Origin: an uncultured bacterium
GTDB lineage: Bacteria; Cyanobacteriota; Vampirovibrionia; Gastranaerophilales; Gastranaerophilaceae
Direction: 5' to 3'
Length of the DNA: 64,000 nt
NCBI GenBank assembly: GCA_902777385.1
Contig: CACYTP010000012.1
Coordinates: forward strand, 9,552 to 73,551
Made by a program: the position numbers and the translations under genes. The stretch's first letter is position 1, and every line of letters starts with the position of its first letter. The notes under the pieces are model-generated. The model saw nothing but the letters and a program-made list of their open reading frames with translations, had not been told where the DNA came from and made no database searches. Shown in pieces: positions 9,388 to 16,543 of this stretch.

Positions 9388-9407
9388 ATTTTTGGGGATT
9401 ATTTCAA
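9380..9407 (-). promoter_or_regulatory. sigma70-like promoter TTGAAA-16-TATAAT for leader A
   Basis: Minus strand has TTGAAA (9407..9402), a 16-nt spacer and TATAAT (9385..9380). Same geometry at 50310..50337. Confidence 0.5.
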
Positions 9408-9471
9408 TCCTTAAATTAAAATTATTTATCACGACTAACATTTGCATCCAACGAGCGAAGCATCTATTAAA

Positions 9472-9485
9472 GCAGGCTAGCCTGC
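9472..9485. terminator. palindrome GCAGGCTAGCCTGC flanked by A/T runs (likely terminator of the 9605 gene; also a repeat unit)
   Basis: AAAGCAGGCTAGCCTGCTTTTTT. The same 35-nt unit (ACGAGCGAAGCATCT..GCAGGCTAGCCTGC) recurs at 50180..50214. Confidence 0.6.
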
Positions 9486-9604
9486 TTTTTTAGTTTTTGC
9501 AAGTCTATACGGAATAAAAATAATAACAATACACATAAAAAAAACGACTAAGTATAGCTCAGTCGTTGGAAATTAATAGGAAAAAGGAAAGGAAAACTTA
9601 TTTA

Positions 9605-11077
9605 TTAAGCTGAGAATGTTTTGAAGGTATCTTGAGTATTCTTTTCAATAACTTTTGATACAGCTTCTTTTTCTGTTTGGATAGCTTTTTGTTCAGTATC
9701 CAATTGTTTCAATCTCAATTCAAGATTTTTATCTTCAGCTTGGATAATTTCAATCTTTGAATTAATATTTTCTACAGCTTGATCGTATAAATATTTATCA
9801 TATTCGTATTGATTCATAGCGTTGTTATATGCAGCCTGATCTGTAGATGTTTCAGTAGTAAGTGCATATTCAATGTATGTAGTAGAACCGTCATCATTTT
9901 GTTTTGGAATTGCAATTGAAATTAATCTTCCTGATGAATCTTTTTCGACTTTACAATTTTCAACGCCTTTGAATTCCGAAATCTTTTGTTCACTGCCGAT
10001 TGTATAGCAATTGATAGCTGACAAAGAAGCTTTTGTCTTTTCATCATATATTGCAGCACCTAAATTGCTCTTTGAATAGAAGTAAGGTTTCTTTGTGCCT
10101 GTAGTAGTATCAGTTACATATCTTACCAACCAGTCAGTATCACCGTATTTCTGTTTTAACAATTCAGCCCAAGCTCGTTCTTCTTTCAACATATTGTTAA
10201 TCTGAGTCTGAGAAAGTCCTTCAAATTCAGAACCAAGAGTAGCTGAAGTAGTTGTAATACTAGCAACTTCATCGTCTGACAAGTTATATCTTTCTGTTAC
10301 ATCTTTATAAACTTGTTTTTCATAACCGTTTCCTGCTGCATTTTTCTGAACCAAAGATATAGCATACATAGGATCTGTTTGACTTCCATCATATAAACAT
10401 ATAATTAAATCATCTTCAGAATATGCAGTTGCATTACCGTTCGCATCAGAGAAAGTACCGTCGGCATTCTTAAATACCTGCTGCATATTAGTAAAGTTAT
10501 TCGTATCCGGTGTATAATAATATTCAAAATTAGATATATCAGCCGCAGTACAAGCTTCCATAGTAGCAGTATCAGACTTTTTAGTCTTTTCTACATAATA
10601 CCCTTGAGCATCTTGCAGTACTGTATAAGTACCGTCCGCAAGAGTAATTGTACTTGCAACCTGAGTTGATACACCTGTAGGCAACTGACCTAAAGGCCTT
10701 AATGCTGCAGCACCTATTGCATAAGTATCATTAGGTTTTGCAGTCAATTGAGTTGCAACACTTGATGCCGCAGATACAACAGCATAATCATCCTGCCATT
10801 TTGACAAGTAACTTACTGTGTACATACCGTTTGATTGAGCAATCATAGATGTTACAGTATTTGTTAATGCACCATCTGAGAATGTGTACATCGTCTTAGT
10901 ATAAGCATCTACTGATGGCGGTGTTGGTACAACCATACCCAGCAAATCGTTATAGTAATTTGCAGATTCATTTGACAACAATGTACGTTGCTGATTGACT
11001 TGTTGACCTTCAAACTCAACGTTGTTTTGTCTGGCCGTTAGTCCTAAAAATCTTGCTTGTGATGCTGCCATTCCCAT
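9605..11077 (-). CDS. hypothetical protein with helical termini and a Thr/Ser/Ala-rich centre
   Basis: 490-aa ORF with AAAGGAAAC upstream. N-terminus MGMAASQARFLGLTARQNNVEFEGQQVNQQRTLL. C-terminal coiled coil IEIIQAEDKNLELRLKQLDTEQKAIQTEKEAV. No family recognised. Confidence 0.6.
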   Translation of the reverse strand: MGMAASQARFLGLTARQNNVEFEGQQVNQQRTLLSNESANYYNDLLGMVVPTPPSVDAYTKTMYTFSDGALTNTVTSMIAQSNGMYTVSYLSKWQDDYAVVSAASSVATQLTAKPNDTYAIGAAALRPLGQLPTGVSTQVASTITLADGTYTVLQDAQGYYVEKTKKSDTATMEACTAADISNFEYYYTPDTNNFTNMQQVFKNADGTFSDANGNATAYSEDDLIICLYDGSQTDPMYAISLVQKNAAGNGYEKQVYKDVTERYNLSDDEVASITTTSATLGSEFEGLSQTQINNMLKEERAWAELLKQKYGDTDWLVRYVTDTTTGTKKPYFYSKSNLGAAIYDEKTKASLSAINCYTIGSEQKISEFKGVENCKVEKDSSGRLISIAIPKQNDDGSTTYIEYALTTETSTDQAAYNNAMNQYEYDKYLYDQAVENINSKIEIIQAEDKNLELRLKQLDTEQKAIQTEKEAVSKVIEKNTQDTFKTFSA

Positions 11078-11173
11078 AGTTTAGTTTCCTTTCGCATTGT
11101 TCCTTGTCATGCATGACGGCAAGTATTTAGGAAACTTTAATTATTTGTTCTCTTTTGTTAAGAAATATTAAGA

Positions 11174-12700
11174 CTATGCGTAACTCCACCATTTCCAGCT
11201 TGGTTCAAGAGCAACATCCTTTGCATCATAATATGTTGCAATATGATCTTTTATAGATTGTTTTTCATCAGCACCGTTATAATACCCTTCACTGACACTA
11301 TCAAGATAGTCTTCACCTACCTGATATGCAACATGTTCACCCCATCTAGGCAAATCAGAAGGATATAAATACGCTGTAGCATGCGTAATTTCGTGAACCA
11401 TAACCTGAACCATCAAATACCAAGTTGTACTAGGATTTTTTGCCAGATTTTCGTCAAGAAACATACCTGCATCGCTCGGATCATCTTTTACCCAATCTCC
11501 GGTAGTTGTATTTTGATAATATACATATTGACCTAAAGTAGTACCTGCGCCTGAGCTTCCTGCATTTAGATTGGCATAAGAAATTTTATTATTTGCAATT
11601 AATCTGTCTAAAGCTTTTGTCTGGTCAGTTAACCCTGCAGCCTTAAAATAATCTCTCGTCATTTCGATTAAAAATTCTTTTTTCTGAGAAAGAGTCATTG
11701 TACTAAATTTTGACTGAATTTCTGCAGCCCAAGTTTCAACTTTACTTTCATAATTACTGAAACTGCCGATTTCATTACCAATCAACTCTTTTATTTCCTG
11801 ATATGACAAAATATCATTATTATCTTTATCAACAACGGTAAATGCTTTATTCAACAAACCAAAGAAATAACCGTGAGATGCTTCCCAGTCATCCTTTTGT
11901 GTAAGTTTCCACAACTGGCTTGCCGTAATACCTGTATCTTTAGTAATACTGCTATCCTGTGAATGCAGCCATTCAAATAAGCTGTCGGTGTCATCAAATT
12001 CATCTAAATAAGAAGTCTTATTTGTATTATCACCGTCATCATCGGTACGAGTACCGCTTTCATCATCAGTACCGCCTGTACCAGAAGTACCACCGGTACC
12101 GCCTGTTGTTGAACCACTATCATCATCGTCAGTTCCGTCTGTACCTGAAGTACCACCTGTACCAGTACCTGAACCTGTACCGCCTGTACCTGAAGTGCCG
12201 CCCGTACCGCCGGTTGTTGAACCGTTTTCATCATCGTCAGTTCCGCCTGCACCAGTTCCTGAACCAGTACCGCCTGTACCGGAAGTTCCGCCCGTGCCTG
12301 TTCCTGAACCTGTACCACCCGTACCGGAAGTTCCACCTGCACCTGAACCCCCGTTACCTGAACTGTGGTGAAGATTATATATCATCTGCTTAATTTTATT
12401 TTCCTGAGCCTTTGACAAGGTACTAACCGTAATAGAAAGTCCTGTTCTAACAGCATTATCAATACCCGAATTTTTAATATTAGTCTGTTTTGCAGATACA
12501 CCATCAATAGCAATCTGGTTCGCAATTTCATAGATAGACTTATTGCCGTTTTCAGCAATCAGTTTATCTATAACGCTTTCTTCAGCACCCTCTGCCTGAT
12601 ATTCAACAATTTCATTTAACAGTCTTTGCTTTGAAGAAATCCCTTCTATTTGCTTTTGCTGACTTACAATCCTTAGAAGAGGGGTATTGTTAATATCCAT
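11174..12700 (-). CDS. hypothetical Gly/Thr/Ser-repeat protein with an EF-hand loop and HExxH motif (putative metallopeptidase)
   Basis: AAGGAG SD. GGTSGTGGTGSGTG repeats at residues ~113-226. DKDNNDILSYQE EF-hand loop (11795..11830). HEITH (11381..11395). Confidence 0.6.
   Translation of the reverse strand: MDINNTPLLRIVSQQKQIEGISSKQRLLNEIVEYQAEGAEESVIDKLIAENGNKSIYEIANQIAIDGVSAKQTNIKNSGIDNAVRTGLSITVSTLSKAQENKIKQMIYNLHHSSGNGGSGAGGTSGTGGTGSGTGTGGTSGTGGTGSGTGAGGTDDDENGSTTGGTGGTSGTGGTGSGTGTGGTSGTDGTDDDDSGSTTGGTGGTSGTGGTDDESGTRTDDDGDNTNKTSYLDEFDDTDSLFEWLHSQDSSITKDTGITASQLWKLTQKDDWEASHGYFFGLLNKAFTVVDKDNNDILSYQEIKELIGNEIGSFSNYESKVETWAAEIQSKFSTMTLSQKKEFLIEMTRDYFKAAGLTDQTKALDRLIANNKISYANLNAGSSGAGTTLGQYVYYQNTTTGDWVKDDPSDAGMFLDENLAKNPSTTWYLMVQVMVHEITHATAYLYPSDLPRWGEHVAYQVGEDYLDSVSEGYYNGADEKQSIKDHIATYYDAKDVALEPSWKWWSYA
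12023..12364 (-). repeat. degenerate in-frame tandem repeat encoding (GGTSGTGGTGSGTG...DDD) x3
   Basis: Three decaying repeat blocks, each ending in an acidic DDDxxGSTT stretch. They also generate shadow ORFs on both strands. Confidence 0.8.
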
Positions 12701-12954
12701 AAAAATGCTCCTTATAAAACAGCAATACGGACATGAAATCTAAATACTTTATATATTTAAAAAAAAATTTAACAAAAATTAATAAATTTTATAAATATTG
12801 AAAACTAAAAAGCCCAATCACAATCGGAAAGGGCTATGGTGTTTAATTAAGTATACTCGGTAATATCGTTTACTAAAGTAACTAATAATGTTTTTGGGTA
12901 AATATTCGGGGTAAATATAAATAATTAACGATTATCTGAACAAATAAAAACAAA

Positions 12955-13233
12955 TTATCCTAAGAATGTTATATGCTGATCCGGAACATTGCCTTTACCT
13001 TGTGGTTGTTCAGATGAGGAAACTACATATTTATAAGTTCTTGCAATTTTCTTTATCACTGTAGATATAGGATTGTTAGACGGCATTGAATCATTCAAAT
13101 TACCTTCAAATTCTCTACGAGCATTAGGCTTTTGCAAAGCAAGTATAGCCATATTCGGAGTAACATTGTTACCGTCACCGAATGAAATGTACTGTTTAGA
13201 TGTATTAAATTTTACAGGATTTATTGTTATCAT
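12955..13233 (-). CDS. small hypothetical protein (92 aa)
   Basis: GGAGG 7 nt before the ATG at 13233. Own promoter at 13295..13323 and a hairpin + T-run terminator near 12810..12840. Starts MITINPVKFNT. Confidence 0.45.
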   Translation of the reverse strand: MITINPVKFNTSKQYISFGDGNNVTPNMAILALQKPNARREFEGNLNDSMPSNNPISTVIKKIARTYKYVVSSSEQPQGKGNVPDQHITFLG

Positions 13234-13294
13234 TTTCTGCCTCCTCTCTTGAGGTTTTATTAAGTGTGTTTTGAACACTTCATCTAACACTTTT

Positions 13295-13323
13295 AATATA
13301 CATTATAAAAATTATTTTGTCAA
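13295..13323 (-). promoter_or_regulatory. sigma70-like promoter TTGACA-17-TATATT
   Basis: Minus strand has TTGACA (13323..13318), a 17-nt spacer and TATATT (13300..13295), about 60 nt upstream of the 92-aa gene. Confidence 0.5.
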
Positions 13324-13569
13324 CCCCTACTATAAAGTTTTGTTAAGATACCTATAAAGCAAGTATATTCTATATTGTCGATAAAGTGGCAAATATACAC
13401 TTATTCAACCGAATGGTTGGGATTTAAGTATATCCAATCGGGTAATTTTTAAATTTTGCCATTTTTTTACCAAAATCAAAGAACTACCCAATAGGGTAAT
13501 TGTAAAAATGACACTTATTCGGTTAAATATAAATAATCTTTTTCATACTTCCAGCTATTCTTAATTCCA

Positions 13570-13598
13570 ATGAGCCTCATATAGAGGCTCTTTTTTTT
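13570..13598. terminator. hairpin GAGCCTC-ATATA-GAGGCTC with T-run (end of the 16288..13624 operon)
   Basis: 7-bp perfect stem. The T8 run is on the plus side and an A-run on the minus side, so it is strongest in the plus orientation. It lies directly downstream of the 146-aa gene. Confidence 0.5.
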
Positions 13599-13623
13599 AT
13601 TTAAATTATATTTTGAAAAATAT

Positions 13624-14064
13624 TCAGGCAATATAACTTAGTATAGCTCCGCCAATTTCTTCATTAGGATCAAAAAATGGGGATTTTACAGGATTTAGCG
13701 AATTATTTATCAGCATACTAATCAAAGGTCCAAAAGCGTCAGGAACTTGAGTTTTTCTGTAAATACCTGCCAAAAATGTTTGGATATTAGGCGATTGTGT
13801 CCTATTAAACCTTGATAAAGCAGGATACATTTTATCAATATTTTTAACTCCGTTTTCCAGCATTCTGTCAAGTATATAAAGAGTTTCAACAATCTGTTCT
13901 TCATTTTGAGAAAACTTTAAGACTTCATTCAGGTAAGGTAAAACCTGCTCTCCCTGCCGGACAAATTTATCAACCTTTTGCTGATTAAAACAACAGTAAT
14001 TTCTGCCGGATGTCGGCATGTTCACACTATAGGTATTTACACAAAAATTTACAGGCTGAATCAT
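13624..14064 (-). CDS. hypothetical protein, HEAT/ARM-like helical (146 aa)
   Basis: Third gene of the riboswitch-led operon. Helical repeats LPYLNEVLKFSQNEEQIVETLYILDRMLENG. Starts MIQPVNFCVNT. Confidence 0.5.
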   Translation of the reverse strand: MIQPVNFCVNTYSVNMPTSGRNYCCFNQQKVDKFVRQGEQVLPYLNEVLKFSQNEEQIVETLYILDRMLENGVKNIDKMYPALSRFNRTQSPNIQTFLAGIYRKTQVPDAFGPLISMLINNSLNPVKSPFFDPNEEIGGAILSYIA

Positions 14065-14075
14065 AACTATAATCC

Positions 14076-15581
14076 TTATGAATAAACGAACGGAGGACCG
14101 TTTTTAATCTCAAACAAAATATTTTCAGCTACGGTTTTGAGCTGTTCTTTCGGTTTCCCTTCATCAACCTGCTTGTAAAACTCATCTACAAGAGGTTTGA
14201 TAGCCGCATCTTTTTTGGCTTTAAAATTCCTAAGCTCTGTAGATACAAGCCTTTGCTGCAAATCCAGTTCTGTCTGAGCGTTAATTTTTTTAACCTGAAC
14301 TTCTTTAATTGCATCCCCAATGACTTTTCCGCCATAACTTACACCTGCCAGAGCGGTCGTACCAAAGAACAATTGTTGGAATTGTTTGTTATCAGGTTCT
14401 ATCAACAAGTTATAGAAAAATGCTCTATAGTCATCAACGAACGAAGAGAATGAAGGTTTTTGAGTGCCGTCACCGCCAATATTTGGGTTAACTTTTACCG
14501 TAGAAGTGTTTATTTTTTGCATAACCATTTCAACAAAAGCTTTTTTATCTTTTTTCTTCCAGTTAGTCATTTCAACTATTTTTTCAACATCCTGACGTTT
14601 TGCATTGATAAATTGGAACATATTTTCCATATATTCCTGCTTAAAACGTTTATTTCCACGGGCTTTTGCAATATACTCCAAATCTTTTTTTGTTTTTTCA
14701 ACAAATTTTTTAGTTTCACTATGTCCTGCCCTCAGATTTTTCATAGAATACAAGGACAAACCTATAATAGAAGCTAACGTTGCACCGCCAAGTGCAAAAT
14801 ATCTTAGCATATCTTTTTTGTTATCTTTATCCGCACCCGTAGCTTCTGAAGTAAATGTCAAATCTTTTGAACTTTTGAACATGCCAAACGGTTGTTCATT
14901 ATATTCTGAAGGAGCAAGATATGATGAAAACATCTTAGTTTTTTCAGAAAGAGAATTTCTTATAATCTGCATTTTTCCGCTAAACGACTGTGTTTCAACA
15001 GCAATCAACTGTTCCTGAAGATTTTTTTGAATATCTGCTTCCCGTTTTTTAACCCAAACTTCCTTAAATCCGTCCAAAAATGTTTTACCCATAAATGCAG
15101 TAGCCGTCAGCGTCAACACACCCAAACCGGCACGAATTGTTTTTTTATTCGGGTTTTGAACCATTTGAACAATTGCCTGTACAGTTTCTTCATTTATAGA
15201 TATATTACGGGTAAAGGATGTAATCCATTTTTCCTTTGCAATTTCGTTTGTAATTTTGGCATTTCTTTTTACAAAGTACGAAAGCCCTGCAAACACACCC
15301 ATAACACCTACAGCCAATCCGCTTATTGGAAGCAGACTTCTCTGGGGATTTGTTTTGTTCTCATTTAATTGTTTCGGTAACTTTACATTATCTGAAATAA
15401 TTAAAGTATCACGGCTTGAATCAAGCGATAGAGCGTTTGGAGAATACAAATCATCATTATCTTTAATAAAATTATTGACGATAACGCCCTCTTTTGTTTT
15501 GTAGTTATTGACTTTCTGAGAGTTTGTTAAATTCCTCAGCTGACGCCTTGTTTCTCCGTCATTGAATTGTATCGTATTCAT
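14076..15581 (-). CDS. hypothetical 4-TM membrane protein with internal duplication
   Basis: Two halves each end in a TM helix followed by FLDGFKEVWVKKREADIQKNLQEQLIAVE or VIGDAIKEVQVKKINAQTELDLQQRLVSTE. No family recognised. Confidence 0.6.
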   Translation of the reverse strand: MNTIQFNDGETRRQLRNLTNSQKVNNYKTKEGVIVNNFIKDNDDLYSPNALSLDSSRDTLIISDNVKLPKQLNENKTNPQRSLLPISGLAVGVMGVFAGLSYFVKRNAKITNEIAKEKWITSFTRNISINEETVQAIVQMVQNPNKKTIRAGLGVLTLTATAFMGKTFLDGFKEVWVKKREADIQKNLQEQLIAVETQSFSGKMQIIRNSLSEKTKMFSSYLAPSEYNEQPFGMFKSSKDLTFTSEATGADKDNKKDMLRYFALGGATLASIIGLSLYSMKNLRAGHSETKKFVEKTKKDLEYIAKARGNKRFKQEYMENMFQFINAKRQDVEKIVEMTNWKKKDKKAFVEMVMQKINTSTVKVNPNIGGDGTQKPSFSSFVDDYRAFFYNLLIEPDNKQFQQLFFGTTALAGVSYGGKVIGDAIKEVQVKKINAQTELDLQQRLVSTELRNFKAKKDAAIKPLVDEFYKQVDEGKPKEQLKTVAENILFEIKNGPPFVYS

Positions 15582-15592
15582 ACCGCAAATCC

Positions 15593-16288
15593 TTAATCTG
15601 TTTCTTTGGAATCATTTTCACCCTTAATTTTTTTGTATAAATCGTGGATAAAGGTTTTAAGTCTAAATGCTTTCTTTGTCTCATCGACCTGCTTGTCCTC
15701 GTTTTGAGCATCCTGAGGATCAAATATTGAGAAAAGAGATTTTATTTTCTTCTTGAACTCGTTTAACGGTTCTCCGATTTTTTTGGCTAAAGCGGCTTTA
15801 ACTTCGCCATAAACAGCAGCAAGTTTATCGGAAATTTCAACAAATTTTTGTGATATTGACTGTGCTATATTTTGCATAGCGGCAGGAATATTTTTTATTA
15901 AATTAATCGTACCGCCTACAATATTATTTAACACAAAACTTACGGGTTTTGCAATAATCGGCGGAAAATTTTGAGAAAACATGCCTGAGATATCTGCCAA
16001 TTTCTGAGAAATATTCATCATATTCTTTTCGAACAGAGCAATTCGCTGAGCGAAATTAACTGCATCCTGCTGATGTTGAGCCTTTGCAGCTTTTTGAGCT
16101 CTTAACATAGCACCTATAGCTGCACACTCGTTCCAACTCATTTCTCCCGGTTTTGCGGTATGATCTGCCTTTCTCATACTACCGGCACCACCCATGCCAT
16201 TACAAATCGGACATGCACCCAACGGGGCTCCGTGCGGACACGTTCCTGCTTTCATTATGCTTGATTGTTGCATCACCGCTGATGGCAT
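15593..16288 (-). CDS. hypothetical protein with N-terminal CPHGxPxGxCPxC knuckle and long amphipathic helices
   Basis: 231-aa ORF immediately after the riboswitch-like leader. Contains CPHGAPLGACPICNGMGG, then Ala/Lys/Gln-rich helices. Confidence 0.6.
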   Translation of the reverse strand: MPSAVMQQSSIMKAGTCPHGAPLGACPICNGMGGAGSMRKADHTAKPGEMSWNECAAIGAMLRAQKAAKAQHQQDAVNFAQRIALFEKNMMNISQKLADISGMFSQNFPPIIAKPVSFVLNNIVGGTINLIKNIPAAMQNIAQSISQKFVEISDKLAAVYGEVKAALAKKIGEPLNEFKKKIKSLFSIFDPQDAQNEDKQVDETKKAFRLKTFIHDLYKKIKGENDSKETD

Positions 16289-16289
16289 T

Positions 16290-16456
16290 AAAAAATCCTC
16301 TTTCTGAACTTAAGAGGACAATCAAAGAACTTTATACAAACTTTTCCATATCGCTCGTAGAAACAGTTTTCTTTGAGTGTTCCGACTTCCCTATATTATT
16401 ACGGGTACACGGTTGCGGCTACAGTCGGGGATTTGCACCCCGTTTCCTCTTAACGC
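16290..16456 (-). promoter_or_regulatory. cobalamin-riboswitch-like 5' leader with SD-sequestering terminator hairpin
   Basis: Minus strand reads GAGGAAACGGGGTGCAAATCCCCGACTGTAGCCGCAACCGTGTACCCGTAATAATATAGGGAAGTCGGAACAC. It ends in the hairpin TCCTCTT-N9-AAGAGGA (16296..16318) plus a U6 run 1 nt before the ATG. Confidence 0.6.
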
Positions 16457-16461
16457 TACTA

Positions 16462-16490
16462 ATACTAAGATAACATGTACAACATGTCAA
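16462..16490 (-). promoter_or_regulatory. sigma70-like promoter TTGACA-17-TAGTAT driving the leader
   Basis: Minus strand has TTGACA (16490..16485), a 17-nt spacer and TAGTAT (16467..16462). Embedded in a region with two ACATGT palindromes. Confidence 0.55.
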
Positions 16491-16543
16491 CAATATGTTA
16501 TGTTTATTTAAGTTACATAATTTATCCATGATAAAATAATGCT

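Noticed and set aside
11959-12393. ORFs 11959..12393 (+) and 12004..12342 (-, alternative frame)
   Set aside because: They are artefacts of the Gly/Thr/Ser tandem repeat, which is stop-free in several frames. The products are pure low-complexity sequence (HRYR.. and VQ..).
14253-15504. Series of plus-strand ORFs (14253, 14460, 14605, 15027, 15256)
   Set aside because: They are antisense to the 501-aa membrane-protein gene. They are Phe/Ile/Asn-rich, as expected from translating AT-rich antisense sequence, and have no SD or motif.
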